Shown: positions 39,970-49,638, counted from the stretch's first letter. The stretch: 64,000 bases of DNA from Gemmatimonadota bacterium (GCA_039588295.1 JBDHAB010000019.1:41834-105833), one strand, 5' to 3'. Notes: generated by a model from the sequence alone, not told the origin. Made by a program: numbers and translations.

Positions 39970-40471
39970 ACACCCGCTCTTCTGGGGCGTCGCCGGCGCG
40001 GTGGTGATCCTCGACTTGCTCACGAAGCAAGTCGCGGTGGCTATGCTGACCGGGCGGATCGTGCGTATTCTGGGCGATTGGCTCTCGCTGCGCCTGGTGT
40101 ACAACCCTGGCGCTGCCTTCGGCATCAACGTTGGCACCCACTCACGCTGGGTCTTCATGGTGCTGGCCATCGTTGCGTTGGTCGTGCTCGGCTCCATGGT
40201 GCGACACACGCACGTGTCTCAGCGGTTTCGCCTCACGGCACTGGCATTGGTGTGCGGTGGCGCGGTTGGAAATCTGCTCGATCGAATACGGAGTCCGCGC
40301 GGCGTCGTCGATTTCGTCGACGTGTGGATTGGGCCGTTTCACTGGCCGACCTTCAACGTCGCGGACATGGCCGTGAGCTGTGGCGCCGTCGCGCTCGCGA
40401 CGGCGCTCTGGCTCGAAGGGCGGTCTGACCGTGATCGGGCGACCGAACATGCCGGTGCCGCCGAGGCCTGA
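39953..40471 (+). CDS. lspA: Lipoprotein signal peptidase II
   Basis: DLLTK, NPGAAFG, GAVGNLLDR, VVDF, FNVAD. Confidence 0.95.
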   Translation: MPSGSKHPLFWGVAGAVVILDLLTKQVAVAMLTGRIVRILGDWLSLRLVYNPGAAFGINVGTHSRWVFMVLAIVALVVLGSMVRHTHVSQRFRLTALALVCGGAVGNLLDRIRSPRGVVDFVDVWIGPFHWPTFNVADMAVSCGAVALATALWLEGRSDRDRATEHAGAAEA

Positions 40472-41474
40472 TCGCCTCTCGGAGCCTACCCGCACCTTCT
40501 CCATCTGCGTCTGCACCACTGAGCGGCTCGACCGCTTTCTCGCCGATCAGCTCGCATTCTCCCGGACCCACGCGGCACGGCTCGTCGCCGCGGGGACGGT
40601 GCGCGTGAACCACGAACCGGCGCGTGCGGCCCGTCAGCTGCAGCACGGGGACATCGTCGCCGTCACCATTCCCGAGAGCCCGCCACCGCAGGAACTTGCG
40701 CCGCGACCACGGTCGCTCGACATCGTATACGAGAACGGGGCACTCCTGGTGCTGGACAAGCCTGCGGGCCTTGTCGTGCATCCGGCTCCCGGACACTGGG
40801 ACGATACCCTGTTGAACGCGCTCGTCGCGCGGGGCACACCGCTGTCAGTGGGTGGCAGTGGTCGGCCCGGCATCGTCCACCGCCTCGACAAGGACACGTC
40901 GGGACTGCTGATCGTCGCGAAGACCGATGCCGCACATCGGTCGCTTGCTCGCGCTCTCGCACGGCGAAAGGTGGAACGGACGTACGCCGCCCTCATTTGG
41001 GGCCACATCAAGGGATCGGTCGAGATCGATGCGCCGATCGCGCGGCACCCCAAAGACCGCAAGCGGATGGCGGTGCTCGCCACCGGCCGGTCCGCCGTTA
41101 CGCAGGTCGATCGGATTGGGCGTTTCGGCGCCTGCGATCTGGTCCGCGTGCGGCTGCTGACCGGCAGAACCCACCAGATCCGGGTGCATTTGGCGCACGT
41201 CGGACATCCGGTCGTTGGCGACCCGACCTACGGTGGCGGCGGAGCGCGGCGGTTATCAGGGCCACAGCGACGCGAGGCAGCCGCCATCGAGCGCGCCGCG
41301 CCCCGACAGGCACTTCACGCGGCCCGGCTCCGGTTCGACCACCCCGCGACCGGCGAGGCATTGGACCTTCGGAGCGAATGGCCGCGCGATCTCCGGGCAG
41401 CGCTGTCTGCAGCTGCCGGTGATCACACGCTTGATCGGGAGAATTCACTCCAATATCTTGAATTCTTCGAGTGA
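40449..41474 (+). CDS. rluD: RluA-family pseudouridine synthase (RluD-like)
   Basis: S4 domain RLDRFL; DKPAGLVVHP, IVHRLDKDTSG, TGRTHQIRVH, GDPTYG, QALHA. Confidence 0.92.
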   Translation: MPVPPRPDRLSEPTRTFSICVCTTERLDRFLADQLAFSRTHAARLVAAGTVRVNHEPARAARQLQHGDIVAVTIPESPPPQELAPRPRSLDIVYENGALLVLDKPAGLVVHPAPGHWDDTLLNALVARGTPLSVGGSGRPGIVHRLDKDTSGLLIVAKTDAAHRSLARALARRKVERTYAALIWGHIKGSVEIDAPIARHPKDRKRMAVLATGRSAVTQVDRIGRFGACDLVRVRLLTGRTHQIRVHLAHVGHPVVGDPTYGGGGARRLSGPQRREAAAIERAAPRQALHAARLRFDHPATGEALDLRSEWPRDLRAALSAAAGDHTLDRENSLQYLEFFE

Positions 41475-41648
41475 GCGCCGAGCGGGTCGGCACGACCGAT
41501 ACCGACTGGCACCGTGATGCGCGGGAATGGAACCGCTCCTTGTCCCCTTCCAGCCAGCCTTATCGACGAATATCCGTGAGCAGCGTGTGGTGAGAGCCAA
41601 CAGGCGGTGGTGCGGATGCGTCAGTCTGAGCGACTGGAGCGAGACCGC

Positions 41649-44324
41649 GTGACGGGTGCTCCACCGCTTGAGCGTGACCGGGCCATTCTTCGGGCCCTCG
41701 CCGGGCGGATCGATCCTAGTGATGCCGGTGCGCAGAACAACCTCGGCGTGCTCTACTACCGTCGCGGACTCATCGAAGAGGCGGTCCGGCAATTCCGCGA
41801 GGCATTGGAGCTCGATCCGCGGCTGCACACCGCTCGGCGGAACCTCGAGATCGCGTACACGGAGACGGGCTACTACGATCACCGGATCGCGGAACTCAGC
41901 GAGCAGCTCCGCGCGAATCCGCAAAACGATGAAGCCCAGTGGGAGCTTGGGCGAATCTACGCGTCCATGCGGCACTTCGATTCGGCGATCGATGCGTTTC
42001 AGACCATCGTCCTCCGCGCGCCGGAACGGACGGAGGTCCTCGTGGAGTTGGGTCTGGCCGAGCGCGGTCGCGGGCGCCTGGAGCCGGCGCTGGAATGGCT
42101 GGAGCGCGCGCGGACCATCGATCCACACGATGCCACCGTGCTACAGCACCTGGGTACGGTGCTGCATGAGCACGGTGCCGACACCGAAGCGTTCTCGGCG
42201 CTGACCCGCGCCACCCAGCTCGCCCCGGACAACGCGGAAGCGCATTATCAGCTCGCGTTCGTGCTTGGCACCCTTGGCCGGCACGACGAGGCAAGAAGCG
42301 CCACGAAACTCGCCATGCAGTTGAGTCCGTCCTTGGGCCGCCCGCACGCCACGCTATCGCTCACCTCCACGCCACATGACGGCGTTCCTCCACCAGCCGC
42401 CGCGCCGGGCCAGCAACCGACGGCGGCGCTCGCGCACTACAACCTCGGACTCGTGTTCCGCCGGCAGGGCCGGTACACCGAGGCGCTACGCGAGTTTCGC
42501 CTCGCATTGGAGGCAGGGGACGATCGCCGTCTCGTGCTGCCGGCCGTGGCCGAGCTCCATTTGCTCCGGCGGGACCACGATGCCGCGATCGAGGCGTACG
42601 ATCATTTGGTGGAAGACATGGCTGACACGCCCAAGGTCTGGAACGAGCGAGGCGTCGTGCTGCACCTGCTGGGGCGATTCGATGAGGCGCTTGCCTCGTT
42701 CGAGCGTGCGATTTCGTTGGATGCCGATTATGCGCTCGCGCTCAACAACCTTGCGATCACCGCGGCGTACGGTGGCGAGCCGGCGAAGGCGATGACGGCT
42801 CTGCGCGATGCGATTCGGCGAGCGCCGGCGGTGACGCTCCCGCACACGAACCTGGGGATGCTCCTCTTCAAAGTCGGACAGCTCCAGGTGGCCATGGACG
42901 CGTTTCAGCGGGCGGCGGACTTGGATCCGACGGATGCGGCGGCGTGGAACGGCATCGGATTGGTGTTGACGGAGCTTGGGCGCGATCGGGATGCACGGCG
43001 CGCCTTCGCACGGGCCGTGGACGCCGATCCCGACTCCGCCGAACCGCACTACAACTTGAGCTTTGCACTCTCCCGTCTCGGGGAGTTCGACGAGGCATTG
43101 CGTGAGGTGACCCGCGCACAAACCCTGGATCCGTATTACATGCCCGGCAAGTTCCGTCTCGGGATCGACGCGGTCTACGAGCATCGGTCTACCGCGGTGG
43201 CGCCAGAAATCTCGGCGGATGTCGCGTCCGGATTGGGTGGACGCGGGTTTGCGTTTGAGGCGGAGTTGTTCGACGACGTGTTTGCCCAGCTGGATCAGGA
43301 GCCCGACGAGCCAGCAGCCGCCGGTGACGAGTCGGACCGGTACGCGGCGGCGCGCGCGCACCTGGATCGCGGCGAGGTCGATCGTGCGATCGAGGAGGCC
43401 CAGCGGGTGCTGCAGGCCGGCGGTGAGCCAGTGGCCGGTAACGCGCTGCTCGGCATGCTGTTCGAGCGCCGGGAGTTGTACACGGAGGCGCTGGAACGGT
43501 ACCGCGCCGCCCGCGCCAAGGCGCCACAACGCGTCGACCTCCGACTCGGCGAGATTCGGCAGCTCCTGGCACTCGGACGCAGCACGGTCGCGCTCGGGGA
43601 GGCCGTTGCGTTGTCCGCTGCTCACCCGGATGAAGTCGAGGCGGCGGTGCTCGTCGCCCGCGCCCGGCTCGCGAGCGGCGACCCGGCGCGCGCGCGGGAG
43701 GTTCTGGCGGAGGCGATCCATCGCACTCCGCGGCGCACCGATCTGCTCGCGCTGGAGGCGGAGATCGCCCTGGCCCTGGGGGATCTTCATGTCGCCCGCG
43801 ACGCCTGCCAATCGGCGGTGGAGCTCGAACCGGGATTCGTGCACGCGTGGCTGATGCTCGGCACGGTCGCCGAAGAGGCCGAGGAATGGGATGACGCCGA
43901 GTCGGCCTATCGGTCGGCGCTGGAGGGAGACCCCGCGTTTGTGGCCGCAACCCTTGCGTTGGCCGACGTTCACCGTAAGCGTGGGGCCTCGGAGCGAGCT
44001 GTGAACCTCCTGGCCGACGTGCTGGCCGAGCATCCTTCGAACCTGGACGCGTTGGTCGGTCTCGGCCGCGCGTTGCTCGACGGCGGTCGCACGGAGCAGG
44101 CCCTGGAGGCCTTCGATCGGCTGCTGCAATACGATAGTGAGCACGTCGGGGCGCTGTTTCTGTCTGCGGTGGCGGACGCGCGCCTCCGGAGATTTCGGGA
44201 AGCCGTGGCGTGTTGGGAACGCGTGGTGGCGCTCGAACCGACGAGTCCATTGGCCGCACGAGCGAAGGATCTCGCGCGAACGGCCCTCGACCTCGACCGC
44301 TTGTTTCCGGTTGGAGAGCTGTAG
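41649..44324 (+). CDS. Large cytoplasmic multi-TPR protein
   Basis: Many TPR repeats (AQNNLGVLY, AHYNLG, VWNERG, AWNGIG) with an acidic linker; no signal peptide; start uncertain (41607/41616/41649). Confidence 0.88.
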   Translation: MTGAPPLERDRAILRALAGRIDPSDAGAQNNLGVLYYRRGLIEEAVRQFREALELDPRLHTARRNLEIAYTETGYYDHRIAELSEQLRANPQNDEAQWELGRIYASMRHFDSAIDAFQTIVLRAPERTEVLVELGLAERGRGRLEPALEWLERARTIDPHDATVLQHLGTVLHEHGADTEAFSALTRATQLAPDNAEAHYQLAFVLGTLGRHDEARSATKLAMQLSPSLGRPHATLSLTSTPHDGVPPPAAAPGQQPTAALAHYNLGLVFRRQGRYTEALREFRLALEAGDDRRLVLPAVAELHLLRRDHDAAIEAYDHLVEDMADTPKVWNERGVVLHLLGRFDEALASFERAISLDADYALALNNLAITAAYGGEPAKAMTALRDAIRRAPAVTLPHTNLGMLLFKVGQLQVAMDAFQRAADLDPTDAAAWNGIGLVLTELGRDRDARRAFARAVDADPDSAEPHYNLSFALSRLGEFDEALREVTRAQTLDPYYMPGKFRLGIDAVYEHRSTAVAPEISADVASGLGGRGFAFEAELFDDVFAQLDQEPDEPAAAGDESDRYAAARAHLDRGEVDRAIEEAQRVLQAGGEPVAGNALLGMLFERRELYTEALERYRAARAKAPQRVDLRLGEIRQLLALGRSTVALGEAVALSAAHPDEVEAAVLVARARLASGDPARAREVLAEAIHRTPRRTDLLALEAEIALALGDLHVARDACQSAVELEPGFVHAWLMLGTVAEEAEEWDDAESAYRSALEGDPAFVAATLALADVHRKRGASERAVNLLADVLAEHPSNLDALVGLGRALLDGGRTEQALEAFDRLLQYDSEHVGALFLSAVADARLRRFREAVACWERVVALEPTSPLAARAKDLARTALDLDRLFPVGEL

Positions 44325-45485
44325 ATGGCAATCGAAGGTCCGCTGAGAGAACTCGGGATTCACGACGTGTTCCAATTGCTCGATCTCAGTCGAAAGACGG
44401 GCGTGTTGACGATTACCTCCCGCGTCCGCCAGAACCGAGGGGTCGTGTACTTCGAGCACGGTGCAGTGGTGCACGCCGGCATTCAGGCGAATCCCCATCC
44501 GCTGGGTGGGGTGCTCCTTCGCGCGGGTAAGATCGCCGAGGCGGATCTCCACCGAGCGCGAGCCATGCAGCAACGTGGCGATACCCGTCGCTTGGGGGAG
44601 ATCTTGGTGGCGATCGGTGCGCTGGCGCGACGGGAAGTGGAGCGTCAGGTGCGGCTCCAGATCGAAGAGGTCGTCTTCGAGGTGATGAGCTGGCGCGAGG
44701 GCTATTTCTCGTTTATCGAGGGTCCCTTGGACGGTATCCCGGCCGAGGCAACGGTGCGCATCCCAACCGGTTCGCTCCTGCTGGAGGCCGCGCGGAGAAT
44801 CGACGAATGGTCACGGATCGAGTCGCACATCCCGCGGTTGACCTTGGTGCCGCACCTCGCCGAACTCGAGGGCGAGGGCGGCTGGCTGGACCTCCTACCC
44901 GCGGAATGGGAGGTGCTTGCCGCCATTGACGGCCAACGCGATCTTCGCGCCATCGGGCGGACGCTGCGCAAATCCGAATTCGACGTGGCGAGAACGGTGT
45001 TCGGACTCGAGAGCGCCGGAGTGGTCGCGCTCAAGGAAGAGGGTATGCCGATCGCTGAGGGGGGAGAGAACCGTGGGGATCTGCAGGAGCTGCTCGACCG
45101 AGTCGAGGACGCTTTGGCCCGCGGGGATGCGCAGGACGCCGTGCGGTTAGCCGAAGCGGCGCGTGGGCGCTTCCGTGATGAACCCGGCGTCGCATTCATC
45201 TCAGGACGGGCCAGTCTGGTGGGTGGCCGGATCGCGGAGGCCGAGGAGGCGTTTCGCCATGCGCTCCGACTCGACCCCTTGATGCTCCCCGCCCACCGAT
45301 TCCTCGGCGATGCCCTGGCGAAGCAAGGCAAGATCGCCGAAGCCGTCGAGTGGTGGGAGCGATGGCTCACGCTGCGTGGACACGGGAATGATGTGGAGGC
45401 GGACGACGACGAGACTGCAGCCGTGCGCAGCGCGCTTCAGGCAGCGCACACTCTCGCTACCTTCCTGCAGGTACCACATGAATGA
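44325..45485 (+). CDS. DUF4388 (PATAN-like) + MshEN-like + TPR protein
   Basis: MAIEGPLRELGIHDVFQLL..KTGVL..YFEHG; RLGEILV; WREGYFSF; LLLEAARRIDEW; C-terminal TPRs. Confidence 0.85.
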   Translation: MAIEGPLRELGIHDVFQLLDLSRKTGVLTITSRVRQNRGVVYFEHGAVVHAGIQANPHPLGGVLLRAGKIAEADLHRARAMQQRGDTRRLGEILVAIGALARREVERQVRLQIEEVVFEVMSWREGYFSFIEGPLDGIPAEATVRIPTGSLLLEAARRIDEWSRIESHIPRLTLVPHLAELEGEGGWLDLLPAEWEVLAAIDGQRDLRAIGRTLRKSEFDVARTVFGLESAGVVALKEEGMPIAEGGENRGDLQELLDRVEDALARGDAQDAVRLAEAARGRFRDEPGVAFISGRASLVGGRIAEAEEAFRHALRLDPLMLPAHRFLGDALAKQGKIAEAVEWWERWLTLRGHGNDVEADDDETAAVRSALQAAHTLATFLQVPHE

Positions 45486-46272
45486 CGAGATCGCGGCCCT
45501 CACGGACGCGCTGACCCGGGATCCGGGCAGCCTGGCATTTCTTGAGCTGGGGGAGATGTTGCGCCGACGGGGCGAGTTCGAGGCAGCCGTCGGGGTGTCG
45601 CTCTCCGGTCTCGAGCATCACCCGGATCTGCTCGAGGCGCACGATCTGTACGCGCGCATCCTGGCGGACGTGGGAGATGTGGACCGTGCCTGGGAGGTGT
45701 GGGAGGGGATCTTGGCGCGTGAGCCGCGGCACGTGGGCGCCCTCAAGGGTCTTGGGTTCCTGTCCTTTGGAGCGGGCGATCTGGATTCGGCCCTCGATCG
45801 CTTGGAGCTCGCGCTGGCCGCCGATCCGACGGACCCGACGGTGGTTCAGGCGCTCATGACGGCGCGTGCGGCAGCCGAAGGCGGCGTGCCCGTCGGCTCG
45901 CCTGAGCTGGCGGATCCGGTGTTTGCGGGGCTCGATGGTGCCGAGCAGGGAATCCTGCTCGTGGACGAACGGGGGCAGGTGTTGGGCGGTGGCGTGGCGG
46001 ATGAGCGTGGCGAGGACGTGTCGGAGAAATCCGCGGCTTTTCTGGCGGGCGCGGCGCGTGAAGCCGAACGTACGGCACGCCTGCTGGACATGGGCTATTG
46101 GCGCTGGGTCGCAGCCGAATCGTCGGGAGGCAACGTGCATCTCAGCGCCCCGGCGGAGGGAAGCCTGCTGATGATCGTGCGCGATCGCAGCGTGCCATCC
46201 GGTCGGCTCGCGATGCTCGCCGCACGTGCGGCGGAGGCCGCGCGAACCTGGCTCTGGGAGCAGCAGTTGTGA
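45478..46272 (+). CDS. TPR + roadblock/LC7 domain protein
   Basis: N-terminal TPRs; C-terminal GILLVDERGQVL..AAFLAG..LLMIV roadblock pattern. Confidence 0.78.
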   Translation: MNDEIAALTDALTRDPGSLAFLELGEMLRRRGEFEAAVGVSLSGLEHHPDLLEAHDLYARILADVGDVDRAWEVWEGILAREPRHVGALKGLGFLSFGAGDLDSALDRLELALAADPTDPTVVQALMTARAAAEGGVPVGSPELADPVFAGLDGAEQGILLVDERGQVLGGGVADERGEDVSEKSAAFLAGAAREAERTARLLDMGYWRWVAAESSGGNVHLSAPAEGSLLMIVRDRSVPSGRLAMLAARAAEAARTWLWEQQL

Positions 46273-46619
46273 ACCCGCGGTTCCAACAGGCACTTGACGG
46301 GATCACCCGGGTCGGAGGGGTTCGGGGGGCGATGCTGGTGACGGCCGACGACGGGCTGGTGATTGCCGACACCGTGATGGAAGGAGTGCGGGGGAACGCG
46401 GTAGCGGCACTGGCCGCGAGCTTGATGAAGCGGTTTCGCCGGGTGTCGGCGGCCGCGTCAGTTGGGGCGCCCCACTTTCTACACTTGCAGGCAGACAATG
46501 GGACCCTGGTCGTTGTGCCCGCGCCGAACGACGTGCTCGTGGTGACGATCGGCAGCCCGGAGCTGAACGTCGGACTGACACGACTGGTAATGATGCGGGC
46601 AGCCGAGGTGATGACGTGA
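46269..46619 (+). CDS. Roadblock/LC7 domain protein (MglB/MglC-like paralog)
   Basis: GVRGAMLVTADDGLVIA..AALAASL..LVVT..NVGL; GTGA overlap with the upstream gene. Confidence 0.85.
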   Translation: MNPRFQQALDGITRVGGVRGAMLVTADDGLVIADTVMEGVRGNAVAALAASLMKRFRRVSAAASVGAPHFLHLQADNGTLVVVPAPNDVLVVTIGSPELNVGLTRLVMMRAAEVMT

Positions 46620-47086
46620 AGACGACGCGGGCTGTCGAGTCGTGGACGCTGCAGCCGTTAGAGCGGTTCATTTACGATACGGGGGCGCGCCTGACGCTGA
46701 TCATGACCCCGGCTGGGCAGGTACTGGCCCAACATGGCTTCACGCGGGCCGTCGACGTGATGGCGGCTGCGGCACTGGGGGCGGCCATCTTCTCGTCCAC
46801 GGGCGAGATTGCAAAGATGCTGCGGGAGGGCGGATTTTCGTCGTTGAATCATCAAGGGCGACGGCATGGGGTCTTCCTCGGTGGATTTGAGACCCGCCGA
46901 GGCCGGCTGCTCGCGCTCGTGGTGTACGGCCCCGACTCGTCGCTCGGTCTGGTCCAGTTGTTCTTCGAGGAGCTGGTGGAGCGTCTAGCGCTCGCGTCGC
47001 CGATGCAGGACGATCGACGTCCCATCCTCGCAGCCGACTTCGAACGCGAGCTGAATGAGAGCCTCTCTAGCCTGTTTGGACGGTGA
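46616..47086 (+). CDS. mglB: MglB-type GTPase-activating roadblock protein
   Basis: Roadblock fold with AGQVLAQHG, AALGAA, HQG, SSLGLV and C-terminal helix LNESLSSLFG; immediately upstream of mglA. Confidence 0.82.
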   Translation: MKTTRAVESWTLQPLERFIYDTGARLTLIMTPAGQVLAQHGFTRAVDVMAAAALGAAIFSSTGEIAKMLREGGFSSLNHQGRRHGVFLGGFETRRGRLLALVVYGPDSSLGLVQLFFEELVERLALASPMQDDRRPILAADFERELNESLSSLFGR

Positions 47087-47089
47087 GCG

Positions 47090-47689
47090 TTGTCACTAGT
47101 CAACTTCACGAACCGTGAGATCACCTGCAAGATCGTCTACTACGGGCCGGGCCGCTCGGGAAAGACGACGAATCTGCAGTACATTTACGGTCGCGTGCCC
47201 GACGGCCGCCGAGGCAGAATGGTATCGCTCGCGACGGAGACCGAGCGTACGCTGTTCTTCGATTTCCTCCCGCTCGAGCTCGGAAGCATCTCGGGGTTCA
47301 CGACGCGGTTTCACCTCTATACAGTGCCGGGACAGGTGTACTACAACTCGACCCGCAAGCTGGTGCTGCAGGGCGCCGACGGCGTCGTGTTCGTGGCTGA
47401 CAGTCAGGCCCGGCAGCTCGATGACAACATCGACAGCTTGCAGAACCTCCAGGCCAACCTGATCGAGTTGGATATCGAGGTGCGCTCGTTGCCGCTCGTG
47501 TTTCAATACAACAAGCAAGACCTGCCCGAGGATCTCATCCTGACGCACACGGAGCTGGATGACGCGGTCAACTTCTGGGGCGTCCCGAGCTTCACGTCAG
47601 ACGCGTTGCGTGGGGTTGGAGTGTTCGAAACCTTGAAGGCCGTATCCGAGATGGTCCTGCGCAGATTGAGCCGGGAGGCTCCCGAGTGA
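47090..47689 (+). CDS. mglA: MglA small Ras-like GTPase
   Basis: KIVYYGPGRSGKTTNL, ERTLFFDFLP, YTVPGQVYY, GADGVVFVADSQ, NKQDL; TTG start. Confidence 0.95.
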   Translation: MSLVNFTNREITCKIVYYGPGRSGKTTNLQYIYGRVPDGRRGRMVSLATETERTLFFDFLPLELGSISGFTTRFHLYTVPGQVYYNSTRKLVLQGADGVVFVADSQARQLDDNIDSLQNLQANLIELDIEVRSLPLVFQYNKQDLPEDLILTHTELDDAVNFWGVPSFTSDALRGVGVFETLKAVSEMVLRRLSREAPE

Positions 47690-49638
47690 ACGAAGAACTC
47701 AACCCGCGGTTCACGTTCGACGCCTTCGTGGTCGGCGCCGCCAATCGGCTCGCGGTGACCGCTACCCGAACCGTCGCCGAGTCGCCGGGGACGGCGTACA
47801 ACCCGCTCTTCATCTACGGTGAGAGCGGCTTGGGCAAGACGCACCTGCTCATGGCCATTGGCCACTTGTCCAAAGAGCTCGCACCGGGCCTGGACGTGGA
47901 GTATGTGACGCTGGACGAGTTTGTGGAGCTCTATCAAGCGGCGGTTGGCGCGGGGCAGAGCGAGGCTCTGCGGGGGCGGCTCGGCCGGATCGACGTGCTT
48001 CTCGTCGATGACGTGCATTTCCTCACGCACCGCCGCGAGATGCAGGCTGAACTGCTGCGGGTCGTGGAGCAGCTGCAGGGCGGAAACCGTCAGGTCGTGC
48101 TGACCAGCGATCGTCCCCCAGCAGAGATCCAGGAACTCGACACCAGGCTGTTGACCCGGTTCGACGGCGGTTTGGTGGTGGACATCGACACCCCCGACTA
48201 CGAGACCCGCCTTGCGATCCTCAAGCGTCGAGCGGCCGACCGCGGAGCACAATTCGCTTCAGGGGTGCTCGACGTGGTGGCCCAGGTCGAGGTCAACAAC
48301 GTCCGCGAGCTGTTGGGTCTCCTGAACCGCCTCGTGGCGTACCAGGCCGTCAGTGAGACCCCACTCACACCGGATGCCGCCCATCAACTGCTTTCGGGTG
48401 AGGTGCCGCAGCGTCCCAGCGTCACCGGCGTGCCCGACGCAGCCGTTCGAGCGGCAGACGAATTCGCAGAGTTCCTCTCTGGTATCAGCCACACCGTCCA
48501 GGAGCAGATCGACGCGTGGCGCACGCGGGTAGGCGACGGCATCAAACGGTGGGGGAGTGAGGGGTACCGTACGGCGCGACTGGAACAGCTCCTGAAGCAA
48601 GATGTGCCCACGGGGGTCGATCGCGTGATCAAGGCCTATGAACAGGATGTCGACCACTTGAAGGCCTTCCAGCGTGCGATGGCGCGGGTCGACCCCCACC
48701 GGGTGAGTGATCCAGTATTCTACGACCCCGATCGACTGGAGGAGGCCGACGCGCTCGTGCAGGCGGCGCTGCGCGAAGGTCGCCCGCCGCCGGGTCCTTC
48801 CTCCGCCTGGACCATGGAAACGCTCGTCGTGGGAGAGGCGAACAAGTTCGCGTTGAACGCGGCGAATGGTGTGATCGCGGCGCCGGGCGTGAGTTATAAC
48901 CCGATGGTGGTCGTGGGACCGCCCGGCGTTGGGAAGACCCATCTGCTGCACGCGATGGGCAACGCGCTTGCTGAGGATCCCGAGGCCCGCGTGGCGTGCC
49001 TGTCGGCCCAGCAGTTCGTCGACGAGCTCCTCGATGCGATCGATGGGGACCGTGTGGAATCGTGGCGGAAGCGCTATCGGTCCGCCACTGCGTTGCTGCT
49101 GGACGATGTGCATCTCCTCGCAGGCAAGGAGCGGTCGCAGGAGGAGTTGTTTCACCTCTACAATTCGTTCATCCAGGGCGAGCAGCAGCTCATGTTCACG
49201 TTGATACTGCCCCCCAAGGATGTGGAGGGTTTCGACGCGCGACTGGTGTCTCGGTTGGAAGGTGGCCTGCTGGCACAACTGGCTGCCCCCGATCGGGAGT
49301 TGCGGCGTGAGATTGCCCTGCGGAAGCTCGGAGGGAAATTCGGCGATGTGGAGGTACCGTTGGTGGACTATCTGGCGGATCGTCCGGCGGATTCGATCCG
49401 TGAGGTCCTCAATGTCGTTCAGCGCATCGTGCGAGCAGCGCAGGCGCAGGGGGCTGAGCCAACGGCCGCCTTCGCCAAGGCGTTGCTGGAAGGGGCGAGG
49501 CCCTCGGCGGCCCGAACGGCCGGAGCCGTTCGAACAAGCGGGATCATGATCTCGCCGATCGGGAGCATCCGCAGCCGGGAGAAGGTAGTGTGGGATTGGC
49601 CCGAGCCGGCGGACCGGGTCATTGAGGAGCTGGTGTGA
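47686..49638 (+). CDS. Tandem double DnaA/Hda-type AAA+ ATPase lacking the DNA-binding domain
   Basis: Two DnaA domain-III modules (YNPLFIYGESGLGKTHLL/VDDVHF/TRF and YNPMVVVGPPGVGKTHLL/LDDVHL/SRL); no domain I/II or domain IV. Confidence 0.88.
   Translation: MNEELNPRFTFDAFVVGAANRLAVTATRTVAESPGTAYNPLFIYGESGLGKTHLLMAIGHLSKELAPGLDVEYVTLDEFVELYQAAVGAGQSEALRGRLGRIDVLLVDDVHFLTHRREMQAELLRVVEQLQGGNRQVVLTSDRPPAEIQELDTRLLTRFDGGLVVDIDTPDYETRLAILKRRAADRGAQFASGVLDVVAQVEVNNVRELLGLLNRLVAYQAVSETPLTPDAAHQLLSGEVPQRPSVTGVPDAAVRAADEFAEFLSGISHTVQEQIDAWRTRVGDGIKRWGSEGYRTARLEQLLKQDVPTGVDRVIKAYEQDVDHLKAFQRAMARVDPHRVSDPVFYDPDRLEEADALVQAALREGRPPPGPSSAWTMETLVVGEANKFALNAANGVIAAPGVSYNPMVVVGPPGVGKTHLLHAMGNALAEDPEARVACLSAQQFVDELLDAIDGDRVESWRKRYRSATALLLDDVHLLAGKERSQEELFHLYNSFIQGEQQLMFTLILPPKDVEGFDARLVSRLEGGLLAQLAAPDRELRREIALRKLGGKFGDVEVPLVDYLADRPADSIREVLNVVQRIVRAAQAQGAEPTAAFAKALLEGARPSAARTAGAVRTSGIMISPIGSIRSREKVVWDWPEPADRVIEELV

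Noticed and set aside
41507..41522. Sigma54 promoter TGGCAC...TGC upstream of the TPR/mgl cluster
   Set aside because: The GG-to-GC spacing is one base short of the strict -24/-12 consensus
42486..44573. Long antisense ORFs (also 28197-30020, 24531-26144, 36155-37573, 56761-58125, 487-1335)
   Set aside because: Shadow ORFs typical of high-GC DNA, lying opposite well-supported genes and without recognisable motifs
47686..49638. Chromosomal replication initiator dnaA / oriC region
   Set aside because: No domain I or IV, no adjacent dnaN, no intergenic space and no DnaA-box cluster noticed
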